From NCBI GenBank assembly GCA_019057795.1, contig JAHLWS010000056.1, positions 17,582 through 81,581 of the forward strand: DNA of 64,000 nt, given 5' to 3'. This document shows positions 1 to 10,934 of the stretch, one piece after another (the stretch's first letter is position 1; every line of letters starts with the position of its first letter). Source of the stretch: Promethearchaeota archaeon (GTDB lineage: Archaea; Asgardarchaeota; Lokiarchaeia; Sigyniarchaeales; SOKP01). A program made the position numbers and the translations under genes. The notes under the pieces are model-generated. The model did not search any database. It was not told where the DNA came from and was given only the letters and a program-made list of their open reading frames with translations.

Positions 1-1
1 T

Positions 2-214
2 CAGTATGCTGAGGGGAAAAAAAGTAAATATGGCTTTTTAATCGTTGCTGATGTAAGAGATGAGATAAAAAATCATTTAATTCGACGATCTCCGTGCCAT
101 AAGTGTATTGATATAAAATATGATAGTGAATATAAAATATGGATAGGTCTTTTTGTTTTTCAAGCCCTTAATGAACCACCATCTAAACTAAATCTTTTAA
201 AAACTAAAAAATGA
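2..214 (+). CDS. 3' end of a CDS truncated by the window edge (hypothetical)
   Basis: Open frame from nt 2 reading QYAEGKKSKYGFLIVADVRDEIK...FQALNEPPSKLNLLKTKK to TGA at 212-214. Confidence 0.6.
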   Translation, partial: QYAEGKKSKYGFLIVADVRDEIKNHLIRRSPCHKCIDIKYDSEYKIWIGLFVFQALNEPPSKLNLLKTKK

Positions 215-412
215 GGTAAAGATATTAGGAAATTGATGAAATTAGGACGAATCGGTAAGAAAGAAATTTGATGAAAATAAGCAATCTTATTCTACATTAG
301 AGTTTATAAAAGATTTAATGGGGCATACCCTTCTATGTACGACAATTAGAATTCCCGCGCACTACTTAAATTTAAATAAGATTTTTTCTTTTTTTTATTA
401 ATATATGGTGTT

Positions 413-940
413 TTGATTTTGAGGGTATTTGTATCAGATATTATCGCTAAAAAGGATAAACATGGTTTTGATTACTACTGGGTAGTTGGAAGGCTTCAGA
501 GCGGTGTGGAAGTTATTATCGATGATTATTACAACGATCTTAGGGAATATATAGGTCGCCACATTGACATGTTATTATCTTTTATGAGGTCTCCCTATTG
601 CGAGCAAAAGAGGGGAATTCGTAGCCAAATTTTTTTAGCAGAGAAATATTATTCAGTGGAGCTTATTGACGAGTTGTTAAGCAAGGAGGGGGTCGTTTCA
701 ACCAGCAATAAGAGAGTTATAAAATTGACCGGTAAATTTATTGATTCTTACACTATCCCTGAGAAATGGGCTCCCCTAACTCGGCGAAAATCATTTAAAG
801 TTTTTTTCAAGGAGCCATCTGCTCTTAAAACTGAAGATGGGACATACCTTCTAACCCCCTTCCATTTGCGAAGGCGAGTTCCAATTGAGAAAATTCCTCA
901 AGAAGTGACAATGGCGGGAGGTCTGGAATTAGAAGCTTGA
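413..940 (+). CDS. hypothetical protein
   Basis: 175-aa ORF, TTG start, no recognised motif. Confidence 0.6.
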   Translation: MILRVFVSDIIAKKDKHGFDYYWVVGRLQSGVEVIIDDYYNDLREYIGRHIDMLLSFMRSPYCEQKRGIRSQIFLAEKYYSVELIDELLSKEGVVSTSNKRVIKLTGKFIDSYTIPEKWAPLTRRKSFKVFFKEPSALKTEDGTYLLTPFHLRRRVPIEKIPQEVTMAGGLELEA

Positions 941-1059
941 ACTCCAAACGAACAAAGTTCTTTAATGGATAATTACAGAAATAGTACGAAAAAAAAGCAA
1001 CCTTAAACAATTTGATTGATTTATTTTTATAGATAATTTAATATTTTAGATAATAGCAC

Positions 1060-1842
1060 ATGGAATTCGTGAGTATTAAAGGCGTTGGAAAAAGATGTGT
1101 CAATCCTGAGAGATTGTCCCTTGATTTAAACGGGCTCGGAATAAAAAAAATTAAAGATATTAATGGACTTCAAGATCTTACTACGCTTCGTCGGCTTGAA
1201 CTCCAGGGGAATAAGCTCATTTCAATTGAGGGTCTTGAAAATCTTAAGGATCTTGAGGAATTATTCCTTAGCGGGAATAAGATTGTTAAGATTGAAAATC
1301 TAAATAAACTACCCCATTTAAAAAGATTAATTCTAAATAGTAATAATTTTTCTACAATTCATGGACTTGAAGGAATAACCAATTTAAGATGGCTAGGACT
1401 GAGTTTGAATAATATAGTCGATATTCAGGGACTTGACACACTATATAGCTTGCAGAGGTTGGATATTAGTATTAATCGAATTACTGAAATAAAGGGGCTT
1501 GATAATTTGGTTAACCTTCGTTTATTGAGCCTTCCTAGTAATAAGATAACTCACTTTCATGGACTGCAGAATTTAACTAACCTTGAATATTTAAATCTCA
1601 GTCGAAATCCCATCCAATCACTTAAAGGAATTGAAGCTCTTATTAAGCTTGAGGAACTGTTTCTTGATGATACTAACTTAACTTCTGTTGTGAACGAACT
1701 CGACAGATTACCGAATTTGAAATTTCTTGCAATTAAAGGAAGGCTTGGACATATCCCATTTGAAGAGATGAGGTACTTGATTGAAGAAAAGGGAATAGAT
1801 ATTCTTCCTTATGGGATCCCACCCTATGAATTAAAAAGATAG
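1060..1842 (+). CDS. leucine-rich repeat protein (SDS22/internalin-like 22-aa repeats)
   Basis: Repeated LxxLxxLxLxxNxIxxIxGL units. Confidence 0.9.
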   Translation: MEFVSIKGVGKRCVNPERLSLDLNGLGIKKIKDINGLQDLTTLRRLELQGNKLISIEGLENLKDLEELFLSGNKIVKIENLNKLPHLKRLILNSNNFSTIHGLEGITNLRWLGLSLNNIVDIQGLDTLYSLQRLDISINRITEIKGLDNLVNLRLLSLPSNKITHFHGLQNLTNLEYLNLSRNPIQSLKGIEALIKLEELFLDDTNLTSVVNELDRLPNLKFLAIKGRLGHIPFEEMRYLIEEKGIDILPYGIPPYELKR

Positions 1843-1944
1843 ATTTTTTTAGATAATTCAAAAAAACATTATGGCAAAATTTTAATCTTTTGTTGAATTA
1901 AGATTAAATTAACCCCATTTTAACTAACTTTACTGAGGGGCGTA

Positions 1945-2556
1945 GTGCAAAGAAGGATTTCTGAGATTTGGGGTTCATTTTATCAAGCTCAAGAAGAACT
2001 TTTTTCACCCGTTATGAAACGTCTTTTCTTTTTCATGTATGATGGAAATGATATTTACAATGCTTTCAAATTAAGTAGCGTAGCAAATAGTTATTTCTCA
2101 GCATGGATTTTAGGTAAGGTTACTCTTGATTTTTCTGAGGGATATAAAAAACTTTCAGATCAAAAAAAGTTAGCTCATTTAAAAACATTTGCGGAGAGAT
2201 GTTTTTTCGGTGTACCCGTGAGTCAGTGGAATGAGTGGGCAATAAGAGGTATGTCTGAGACCGACTTTAAAGCATTAGGGTTTACAAAACATGTTCACCA
2301 GACCGTCAGAGAACTTCTGTTTGAAGGCAAGTATGCCGAGATACAAATTAAATTACGTAAAGTGCGCACATTAGAACGTCTTACGAAAGGTTGGTCCTTT
2401 GAAAGAATTTATATGGAAGATTTTCAAAGGGCATATAACTTTGATAGACAAAGCGGGTTCAGGCTTAGGGAATTTTTCTCAAAACTTTTTCCAGGTTTAA
2501 ATTTCGAAGAAATTATATATCTTGCATATATGCAAGATAAATATAAAGTTTTTTAA
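1945..2556 (+). CDS. hypothetical protein
   Basis: 203-aa ORF, GTG start preceded by GAGGGG. Confidence 0.6.
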   Translation: MQRRISEIWGSFYQAQEELFSPVMKRLFFFMYDGNDIYNAFKLSSVANSYFSAWILGKVTLDFSEGYKKLSDQKKLAHLKTFAERCFFGVPVSQWNEWAIRGMSETDFKALGFTKHVHQTVRELLFEGKYAEIQIKLRKVRTLERLTKGWSFERIYMEDFQRAYNFDRQSGFRLREFFSKLFPGLNFEEIIYLAYMQDKYKVF

Positions 2557-2602
2557 ATTGAATTAGTTAAATTTAAATTCTATTTTTTTTATTTTTTTAT
2601 AG

Positions 2603-3850
2603 ATGAATGCCGTAAAGTTTAGTGTTGGTAAATATATAACACTTAAGTTAGAGGACGAAGGCACTGTTATTTATGTTAACGGTCAAAAATTTTTACAGTG
2701 TAAACATCTGCTATTAAGATTGACGCATGAAAAAAATAACCTAAATAACATTGTCTCAATAGATGATGCAGAAAGGGTCCTTAGAGGCAGTAAGGAAGGA
2801 AATGGTGTGGTAAAATTTAGAATTACCCCAGAGCAAGAGTTTTGGGGACATAGCTCTAATTTACAAGCGTGGTATGAGCATCATTATGATACGGTATTAC
2901 TTCATTCTAATTTAGCTTTTCCGTTACTTAGGAAATTATATGAAATAGGAGATCGTTATGCTCGGAAAGCGTTTAAGGAAGAGATTGCAAAAAGATTAGC
3001 AGAAAACTATGCCCCTATAAATGAAATGTTCATAGAAGAGAATTACTTGAGCTTTTTATCTAATGAGGAGTTAAAATCAAGTTATCCAAAAGAGATAAAA
3101 ATTAACAAACTCATATTAGCTAGCAGAAGACTCGTTAAAATTCCTCCCTTAATAAACACACTTCCAATTAAAGGTTTAAAAATTCTTAACCTCTTAAATA
3201 ATAATTTTACTATCCTACCCTCATTTATTTTAAAGCATAATACTCTTGAAGTTCTATTATTGAGAGAAAACCAGATAGAATGCCTTCCTGATTCTATAGA
3301 TAATTTAACAAGATTAAAGAAGCTTGATTTAAGCAATAATCAGCTTAAAGCTCTACCCAATAATATTGGGAAATTAAAATCACTTAATATTTTGAATTTA
3401 TATGACAATAATCTCTTAACTATCCCTGATTCTATAGGGAACCTTAATTCGCTTAAAAAATTAATATTAACAAGTAATAAATTGCAGAAACTGCCTGAAT
3501 CTATAGGAGGGCTTATAAATCTAGAGCAATTATCTTTACGATCAAACGAATTATCAAGTTTACCATCCACTCTTGTTAATCTGAAAAACCTTAAATCTTT
3601 AGATTTGTCTGACAACAAATTTCACGATTCATCTACATTTGAATTTGTTAAGATGTTAGGTCTAAGAATTGCAAGGAATAATGCATATTCTATGATACAA
3701 AATGCTAGACAATTATTAAGTAAGAATAATTCAATTCCCTCTGATCAGAAGTCTAAGATCTCAAGAAACATTAGAAGATTGGAAGAAGTAATAGATTCTG
3801 ACAATCTTAAGAAAATCGATTTTAGAACTCATGAATTATCATCATATTAA
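2603..3850 (+). CDS. Lokiarchaeal-type LRR protein with C-terminal DnaK-lid-like helical module
   Basis: N-terminal ITLKLE..IYVNG..F.QCK...EFWGH.SNLQAW domain; 23-aa LPxSIGxLxxLxxLxLxxNxL repeats; last ~57 aa align with the lid of the neighbouring DnaK. Confidence 0.85.
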   Translation: MNAVKFSVGKYITLKLEDEGTVIYVNGQKFLQCKHLLLRLTHEKNNLNNIVSIDDAERVLRGSKEGNGVVKFRITPEQEFWGHSSNLQAWYEHHYDTVLLHSNLAFPLLRKLYEIGDRYARKAFKEEIAKRLAENYAPINEMFIEENYLSFLSNEELKSSYPKEIKINKLILASRRLVKIPPLINTLPIKGLKILNLLNNNFTILPSFILKHNTLEVLLLRENQIECLPDSIDNLTRLKKLDLSNNQLKALPNNIGKLKSLNILNLYDNNLLTIPDSIGNLNSLKKLILTSNKLQKLPESIGGLINLEQLSLRSNELSSLPSTLVNLKNLKSLDLSDNKFHDSSTFEFVKMLGLRIARNNAYSMIQNARQLLSKNNSIPSDQKSKISRNIRRLEEVIDSDNLKKIDFRTHELSSY

Positions 3851-3940
3851 ATTGAAATAGAAAACTTTAATTTTTTTAACTAACTAAATAAAATACAGTA
3901 TTATGAATGCATTAAATAAAGTTTTGGTGCTGAAATTTAA

Positions 3941-5941
3941 ATGAGTGAGGAAAGCAAACCGAAGAAAAAAGAAAAAATCATTGGAATCGATTTGGGAACA
4001 TCAAACAGCGCATGCGCTATTTTAAGTGGAACGGGGCAACCAGAAATAGTCCCTGCTGCCGAAGGAAGGACGTTGGGTGGCAAAGCATTTCCCTCTTATG
4101 TTGCTTTTGATGATAACGGTAGGAAAATCGTAGGTGAACCCGCAAGACGCCAAGCTGTGTCTAATCCGGAGGGGACCGTTTACGCTATTAAAAGAAAAAT
4201 GGGAACTTCATATAAAGCAAAAGTTAAAGTTGGAAGCGAATGGAAGGAGTTTTCTCCAGAGGAAATTAGTGCGATGATTTTAAAAAAGATAAAGAATGAT
4301 GCGTCTGCTTATCTCGGGGAGGAAATAAAGAAGGCAGTTATTACCGTTCCAGCTTATTTTAACGACGCCCAGAGAACATCTACTAAGAATGCCGGTGAGA
4401 TTGCTGGACTTGAAGTTGTACGTATGATAAACGAACCTACAGCAGCATGCTTAGCTTACGGCCTTGATAGAGATACAAAAGACAAACTCCTAAAAATTTG
4501 CGTTTTAGACTTAGGAGGAGGAACTTTTGATATAACTTTAATGGAATATGGCGAAGGCGTGGTTGAAGTTTTATCTACAGCAGGAGATACTCAGCTTGGT
4601 GGAACCGATATGGACAATGCTATTATAGATTGGGTCGTCGATAACTTTCAAAAGAAAGAAGGGATCAATCTTAAAGGAGACAACAAAGCCATGATAAGAA
4701 TTAAAGATGCCGCAGAAAAAGCAAAAATCGAATTATCTACTACTTTAAGTACTCAAATTAACTTGCCTTACATTACTCAGAAAGAGGGAAATCCAGTTCA
4801 TATAGAAATTGAACTTACACGGGCAAGATTGGAACAACTAATTGAACCTACTTTAAGAAGATTAGATCCTATAATTAAAAGAGCCGTAGCCGACGCTAAA
4901 ATAGGAGTTAATACAATTGATAAAGTTATTTTAGTTGGTGGTCCAACGAGAATGCCCTCTGTTCAGAAAAGATTTAAGGACTTCTTTGGCAAAGAACCAG
5001 ACCACTCAGTTGATCCTATGGAATGCGTTGCGATTGGAGCTTCGATTCAGGGAGGCATCATTGCGGGTGATGTTCAAGATCTTCTTTTATTGGATGTTAC
5101 ACCTCTTTCCTTAGGAATTGAGACTTTGGGAGGCGTGTTTACAAAGCTAATAGAGCGAAATTCAACGATTCCAACGGAAAAAAAGCAAGTATTTAGCACT
5201 GCTGCCGATAATCAACCTGGCGTCGAGGTCAATGTTTTGCAAGGAGAAAGAACAATGGCAAAAGATAATATAACATTAGGAATGTTTCACTTGACTGGAA
5301 TTCCGCCTGCTAGACGTGGAATACCTCAAATTGAAGTGAAATTCTCGATTGATGCTGATGGCATTGTTCACGTTAATGCAAAAGATTTGGGAACTGGAAA
5401 GGAAACAGGTATTACGGTTACTGGTGCCAGGGGCTTAACAGCTGAGGAGATTGCGGAAAAGATTAGATCTGCTGATCAATTTGAAGAAGAAGATAAAAAG
5501 CTAAGGGAGTTAATCGAATCAAAAAATGCTGCAGACTCTATGATCTATCAGACAAAGAAACTGATAGAAGATAATAAAGATAAGATCGAAGAGAAAGAAC
5601 AAGGCGAAATAGAAGCAGCAATGAAATCTTTAGAAGAAGATATAAAAACAGATGATCTTCCAAGAATTAAAATGGGGCTTGAAAACTTGCAAAAGTCGAT
5701 ACATGGTTTCTCTCAAAGGATATATAGCCAACAAGCTCAAGATCAAGTATATCAGCAAGCAGCAGAACAAGCACAACAAGCAGCTAGTGGAATGGGTGGC
5801 GTTCCTCCAGGCGGCATGGGTGGAGCCCCTCCAGATGGAATGAGTGGTGCCGGTGCCGGTGGAGCAGCTTATAGTAAAGACAAAGAAGATAAGAAAAAGA
5901 AGGGCAAAGTAGTCGATGTAGACTGGGATGAGGAGGATTAA
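3941..5941 (+). CDS. dnaK: chaperone DnaK (Hsp70)
   Basis: [37 protein letters not shown] motifs; GGM-rich tail. Confidence 0.99.
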   Translation: MSEESKPKKKEKIIGIDLGTSNSACAILSGTGQPEIVPAAEGRTLGGKAFPSYVAFDDNGRKIVGEPARRQAVSNPEGTVYAIKRKMGTSYKAKVKVGSEWKEFSPEEISAMILKKIKNDASAYLGEEIKKAVITVPAYFNDAQRTSTKNAGEIAGLEVVRMINEPTAACLAYGLDRDTKDKLLKICVLDLGGGTFDITLMEYGEGVVEVLSTAGDTQLGGTDMDNAIIDWVVDNFQKKEGINLKGDNKAMIRIKDAAEKAKIELSTTLSTQINLPYITQKEGNPVHIEIELTRARLEQLIEPTLRRLDPIIKRAVADAKIGVNTIDKVILVGGPTRMPSVQKRFKDFFGKEPDHSVDPMECVAIGASIQGGIIAGDVQDLLLLDVTPLSLGIETLGGVFTKLIERNSTIPTEKKQVFSTAADNQPGVEVNVLQGERTMAKDNITLGMFHLTGIPPARRGIPQIEVKFSIDADGIVHVNAKDLGTGKETGITVTGARGLTAEEIAEKIRSADQFEEEDKKLRELIESKNAADSMIYQTKKLIEDNKDKIEEKEQGEIEAAMKSLEEDIKTDDLPRIKMGLENLQKSIHGFSQRIYSQQAQDQVYQQAAEQAQQAASGMGGVPPGGMGGAPPDGMSGAGAGGAAYSKDKEDKKKKGKVVDVDWDEED

Positions 5942-6078
5942 GCTTTAGCTTAATATGCTCCTTTATTTTATTGATTTATATTTCTTTTTATTTTTGGTTA
6001 TAAGTTTTTAAAATAATTTTAATTATAATATCAATTCAGCAAACCGATGATATAACTTTTAATGAATATTATTTTATG

Positions 6079-6576
6079 TTAAAATCCAATTTCAGCTTCC
6101 CAAAAATTGATTCGAAAATCTTTAAAAATTTGTGAATAAATGTACAATGTTAACCATGTTGCTCCAATTAATAGTAAAATGACGATAGCGAATCCCGTCA
6201 AGTCATTAAGTTTGATTGGCACGCTATATTTAGATTTTATTTTTGGAATCTGCTTTTTCATAAATGATTTATATTTTCTAACAAATTTTCCTTTTTCATT
6301 AAATGGGTTTAAACCAGTGTCTGCTTCAAATCCTTCTCGATTTTCTTTAGTATTTAAAGAAATAAATCTATTCTTTAATTCTTTTTGAGAAGAGTAAAAC
6401 ATTGTGCTTATAACTGTAAAAATTATTACTGGCACAGTTATAACCCAATAGTAAGCTAGAAACTTAATGATACTAAAGATAAATTGCATATTAATAATGA
6501 CTATCATAATAGTAATAGATACAACCAAAAAACAAAAGCAGATTACTACATCAGTATTATCCAATCTATAACTCAT
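6079..6576 (-). CDS. hypothetical membrane protein
   Basis: Three hydrophobic segments; start moved to ATG 6576 (MSYRLD, preceded by AGAGGT) rather than the AT-rich extension to 6726. Confidence 0.65.
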   Translation of the reverse strand: MSYRLDNTDVVICFCFLVVSITIMIVIINMQFIFSIIKFLAYYWVITVPVIIFTVISTMFYSSQKELKNRFISLNTKENREGFEADTGLNPFNEKGKFVRKYKSFMKKQIPKIKSKYSVPIKLNDLTGFAIVILLLIGATWLTLYIYSQIFKDFRINFWEAEIGF

Positions 6577-6785
6577 ACCTCTTTTCACAATAAACTGATA
6601 ATTAAAATGATTATTTCTAATTAAATTTAAATTATGTACATTAATATATTTTACTTTTAAAATTAATATTAAAAAGTTTATATAATTATTTTTAGATATC
6701 CTAATACCTAAAAAAATAAATTTCATAATAAATTTTTATAAATATAGTTTAAGCTCATAAGATATTATGAAGTGACTAAAAGATC

Positions 6786-7910
6786 ATGAGTACGAGCAAA
6801 AAAAGGGATTACTATGAAGTTTTAGGTGTGGGTAAAAATGCTACCGAGAATGATATAAAGTTAGCATATAGGCGATTGGCAAGAAAACTTCATCCTGATG
6901 TTAATAAGACGGATCCAAATGCAAAGGAGAAATTTATTGAACTCCAAGAAGCTTATGACGTATTAAGTGATTCTAATAAAAGACAAAATTATAATCGATT
7001 CGGATTTAGCGGTGTGGATGTTGATATGAGTAATTTTTTCAGAGGTGGAATCCCTGGTTTAGATGATTTACTCAGTTCGCTTTTTGGAGGGGGCATGTTT
7101 GGAGATAGCTTCGGGAGTATTTTTGGTTCTCGAGGTAGAGGCAGATCAGCACCACGTCGGGAAGTAGGGCAAGATATTGAGGACCATATCGAAATTACAT
7201 TCGAGGACGCTATGTTTGGTACGAAAAAAGATGTTATTATTAAAAGATACATACCATGCGACGATTGTGAGGGAACGGGAGCTGAAGATCCATCAAGTGT
7301 AAAAATTTGCCCTCAATGTAATGGATCGGGGCGGACGAGAAAGATGACCCAATCTGGTTTTGGAACAATCATACGCGAATCTGAATGCTATGGATGTAAT
7401 GGAACAGGCAAAGTAATTAAGAAAAAATGTCCAATATGCAATGGAATGAAAGTAGTCCTTGAAACTAAAAAAATACATGTAAGTATTCCACCTGGCGTAG
7501 AAAATGGCGTTCATTTAAAAGTTCAAGGGGCAGGACATATTCCTTCTTCTAGAGCAATTCCAGGCGATCTTTATTTAGGCATTAAAATTGAAGAAAACGA
7601 AAACTTTATACGCCGCAGAAACGATCTTTATACTCCAATTAATATAGATATTGTAACAGCAACTTTAGGAGGAGAAATTAAAGTCCCAACATTAGATTAC
7701 AAAACTGAAAAATTAACTGAGAAAGAGTTAAAAATACCCCCAGGAACCCAACATGGTACAGAATTTAGAATTAAAAATAGGGGCGCTACTTATTTAAGGG
7801 GGAGAGGTAAGGGAGATCAATACATTATAATTAATATTGAAATTCCTAAGAAAATTACTGAGGAACAAAAAGAATTATTACTAAAATTCAAAAAATCGAG
7901 CTCAAAATAA
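6786..7910 (+). CDS. dnaJ: chaperone DnaJ
   Basis: J domain with HPD, G/F-rich region, four CxxCxGxG-type repeats. Confidence 0.98.
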   Translation: MSTSKKRDYYEVLGVGKNATENDIKLAYRRLARKLHPDVNKTDPNAKEKFIELQEAYDVLSDSNKRQNYNRFGFSGVDVDMSNFFRGGIPGLDDLLSSLFGGGMFGDSFGSIFGSRGRGRSAPRREVGQDIEDHIEITFEDAMFGTKKDVIIKRYIPCDDCEGTGAEDPSSVKICPQCNGSGRTRKMTQSGFGTIIRESECYGCNGTGKVIKKKCPICNGMKVVLETKKIHVSIPPGVENGVHLKVQGAGHIPSSRAIPGDLYLGIKIEENENFIRRRNDLYTPINIDIVTATLGGEIKVPTLDYKTEKLTEKELKIPPGTQHGTEFRIKNRGATYLRGRGKGDQYIIINIEIPKKITEEQKELLLKFKKSSSK

Positions 7911-8022
7911 AAGAGTTAATAATTTAAAATCTTAAATATGGTTTTTTATCCCGTTACTAAGATTATTTAACTTATATAATTATATAAATACTTTTAATTA
8001 AATCATAATTGAAAACTGAATT

Positions 8023-8568
8023 ATGAGCGTCAAAATACTTATCACTGGTCCACCAAGATGTGGAAAATCGACATTAATTTCTAAATTGATTAATTTTTGC
8101 TCGCAAAAAGAACATAATATTTATGGTTTTATAACTCCAGAAGTAAAAAATGACGACCGGAGATTAGGGTTTGATGTTCAAGAGTTGGATACTAAAAAAA
8201 GATACAAATTGGCAAGGGTAGGAAGCTATACCACTCAATTCAAGCTAGGTAAATATCATGTATTCATTGAAGAATTTGAGAAAATAATATCACATCTTGA
8301 TTCTCTCGATTTCAAACCTGTCGATATAATCTTTCTCGATGAAATTGGAAAAATGGAATTATATTCAGAGAAATTTCAAAATTTCATCAGGAGGATTTTT
8401 CAGACTAATATTAACATAATAGCAACAATAGGACAAAAGTTGCATCATCCATTAAAGAAATTTGTTTTAAGCAATCCAAACATCAAGCTTTTCACAGTAA
8501 CTAGGGAAAATCAAGAATTTGTTTATCAAAATATTATCACTGCTTTAAAACAAGCAAACAAAATTTAA
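8023..8568 (+). CDS. nucleoside-triphosphatase, THEP1/NTPCR family
   Basis: ILITGPPRCGKST Walker A; DEIGKMEL motif. Confidence 0.92.
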   Translation: MSVKILITGPPRCGKSTLISKLINFCSQKEHNIYGFITPEVKNDDRRLGFDVQELDTKKRYKLARVGSYTTQFKLGKYHVFIEEFEKIISHLDSLDFKPVDIIFLDEIGKMELYSEKFQNFIRRIFQTNINIIATIGQKLHHPLKKFVLSNPNIKLFTVTRENQEFVYQNIITALKQANKI

Positions 8569-8738
8569 TTTAGCTGGAATTTATAGCTTTTATTTATATT
8601 ATATAAATTTCGATTGATGTTTAATCCTCTGGCCATTTCCGTTGATTGAATAAAAAAATTTTAATTGTACTTTTTATTTCAATAATAAATAATTTTATTA
8701 CTTTTTCTAAAAAAATAGTTACAAAAAGAAGAAGCTAA

Positions 8739-8843
8739 ATGTGGAAATGTGATGAGTGTGGAGCTATATTCGATTTAGAGGGAATCCCTGAAAAATGTCC
8801 CGAATGTGGTGCTGAAGATGGAACATTTAGCTTGGTTGATTAA
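8739..8843 (+). CDS. 34-aa rubredoxin-like metal-binding microprotein
   Basis: MWKCDECGAIFDLEGIPEKCPECGAEDGTFSLVD*: WxCxxCG...PxxCPxCG pattern; below the ORF-track cutoff. Confidence 0.8.
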   Translation: MWKCDECGAIFDLEGIPEKCPECGAEDGTFSLVD

Positions 8844-8860
8844 AATTTAAAAAAGAACCC

Positions 8861-9229
8861 TTATTTGGTTTCTGTTCCACAAAACGGGCAAAGTTTGAGC
8901 CCCTTAGATATATTTTCTCCGCAAAATGTACAGAATTGGGCATTCACGCCCGCATCACTTTTTTTCTTATCTACGTTATTTAGGGATTCTATTAAATGAA
9001 CTGAGGGTTCAGCAATTTTCTTATCTTTGTCTATCTTCTTAGATTTATCTTCGTTTACGTTCATTCTTAGCAATTTAAATACGATGAGAATAACAAGAAT
9101 AAGAAAGATAACGACCACAACGAAAACCACTACGAAAAATGAACGTATAAACTCAAATATTGATGAAGACATAATTAATACAACTATTTCTTGTTTTTTC
9201 GTACCATGAGAATATACAAAATAATACAT
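8861..9229 (-). CDS. membrane-anchored zinc-ribbon protein
   Basis: One TM helix plus C-terminal FCTFCG...LCPFCG; true start may be 9172. Confidence 0.75.
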   Translation of the reverse strand: MYYFVYSHGTKKQEIVVLIMSSSIFEFIRSFFVVVFVVVVIFLILVILIVFKLLRMNVNEDKSKKIDKDKKIAEPSVHLIESLNNVDKKKSDAGVNAQFCTFCGENISKGLKLCPFCGTETK

Positions 9230-9443
9230 TAATAAAATTATGGCATGATGTCAAGATTGGACATGTGAAAACTCCCAATCAGAATTAGTTCCTTAAGTAA
9301 TTAAAAGATACAGAAAAAAGTACAAATTTTTTTCGAATTACAATTTTTTGGACAAAAGAAGATAACTATTTATTAACATTTAAATATACTAAGTCACCAT
9401 ATATCTCTTGGAATCTAAATTAAAATATAATAAATGATGAAAT

Positions 9444-10217
9444 ATGTTATTACAAGGATTTGATTGGTTATTTTTAATTTTTCCTCTCGCAATTGGTCTA
9501 GCAATTTTTTTGGGATGCTGGCTGTTGGCGGGCATTAAGGTGGTTTTAGAATACGAAAGGCTCGTAATCTTTAGATTAGGTAAATTCAAGCGTACAATTG
9601 GCCCGGGTGTTGTATTTATCATCCCGCTTTTAGAAAAATCTCAAAAAGTTGACTTGAGAATCATCACGGCAGACATTCCTCGTCAAGAAGTAATGACAAG
9701 AGACAATATACCTGTCTTAGTAAATACAGTAGTGTATTATAAAGTTGAAAAGCCAGAAGATGCAATCATAAAAATTCAAAATTACGCTTATGCCGTGCGT
9801 CAGTACACGCAAGCCGCGTTGAGAGATGTTTTAGGTAACATGGAATTGGACAGCGTTTTAACCGATAGAGAAAGGGTTGCTACAGAAATTAGGAGTATCG
9901 TTGATAAAGAGACTAGCGATTGGGGTATCGATATTAAGAGCATTAATATTCAGGAGCTTGAACTTCCTGCTGAAATGAAGAGAGCTATGGCAAAACAAGC
10001 AGAAGCAGAGCGGGAAAAGCGTGCCGTAATAATTGCAAGTCAGGGCGAGCTAGGAGCGGCTGAAAATTTAGTAAAAGCAGCGACCATAATGGTAGCATAC
10101 CCAGCAGCGCTTCAATTAAGGACTCTTCAAACAATTCGAGATATTTCACAAGACCCCTCTGAGAAGATAGTTATTTTTATGCCAGGTGGAATTAGCGATT
10201 TATTGAAGAAATTGTAA
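9444..10217 (+). CDS. SPFH/band 7 (stomatin-like) protein
   Basis: EYERLVIFRLG, DIPRQEVMTRDN, AMAKQAEAERE, ALQLRTLQT. Confidence 0.96.
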   Translation: MLLQGFDWLFLIFPLAIGLAIFLGCWLLAGIKVVLEYERLVIFRLGKFKRTIGPGVVFIIPLLEKSQKVDLRIITADIPRQEVMTRDNIPVLVNTVVYYKVEKPEDAIIKIQNYAYAVRQYTQAALRDVLGNMELDSVLTDRERVATEIRSIVDKETSDWGIDIKSINIQELELPAEMKRAMAKQAEAEREKRAVIIASQGELGAAENLVKAATIMVAYPAALQLRTLQTIRDISQDPSEKIVIFMPGGISDLLKKL

Positions 10218-10236
10218 TTAACAGCGGTGAACATCA

Positions 10237-10914
10237 ATGAGTAGAACGTTCAATTCCAGCACGAGATACATCCAAATTGCATTTAATCACACCATTCACG
10301 ATGTTGTGCGAATATTACCTCAAATTCCTCTCGACCCGAGAATCATAATAGAAGCTGGGACGCCATACGTCAAAAGAGAGGGACAGAATGGCATCAGACT
10401 AATAAGAAGGTATTGGCGAGGATTAATCGTCGCTGATCTAAAAGTTATTGACGGCGCTCAAGAAGAGGTTGCGATGGCATATAATGCAGGAGCTAATGCC
10501 GTTACTGCCGCGGGTACTGCTCCAAAAGAAACCTTAGATTACTTTAGTAAGACATGCGATCAATATAATGTTTTTTCAATGATCGACATGTTAGGACAAG
10601 ATAATCCGTTAAAAAAACTTTTTGCGCTAAAAAACAAACCAAAAGGAGTAGTAATCCATAAGGGGCGAGACGAGGAAGCAAACCCAAGAACCATAATTAG
10701 GTACAAAGACATTAATAAAATTCGCTCTAAGTATGATGTTCTCATATCTGTTGCCGGTGGATTAAAAGAAGAAAGCGTGAGAAAAGCCTATTTTAATGGA
10801 GCGAGCATTGCAATCTTAAATATCGTAAAACCTACAGATGTCAATGAGGGTATAAGCGACATGTCGAACTTTCGAGTTATAATTCCCTCAATCTTGAAAG
10901 AGGTTGGACATTAA
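10237..10914 (+). CDS. 3-hexulose-6-phosphate synthase / OMPDC (HUMPS) family protein
   Basis: IEAGTP, IVADLKVIDG, IHKGRDEE, VAGGL motifs. Confidence 0.8.
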   Translation: MSRTFNSSTRYIQIAFNHTIHDVVRILPQIPLDPRIIIEAGTPYVKREGQNGIRLIRRYWRGLIVADLKVIDGAQEEVAMAYNAGANAVTAAGTAPKETLDYFSKTCDQYNVFSMIDMLGQDNPLKKLFALKNKPKGVVIHKGRDEEANPRTIIRYKDINKIRSKYDVLISVAGGLKEESVRKAYFNGASIAILNIVKPTDVNEGISDMSNFRVIIPSILKEVGH

Positions 10915-10934
10915 ACAAATATTCTTTTTTTTAT

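Noticed and set aside
9245-9285. Hairpin GATTGG...CCAATC with an ATGATG box-C-like motif
   Set aside because: No matching box D on the same strand and only a 6-7 bp stem; insufficient for an sRNA call.
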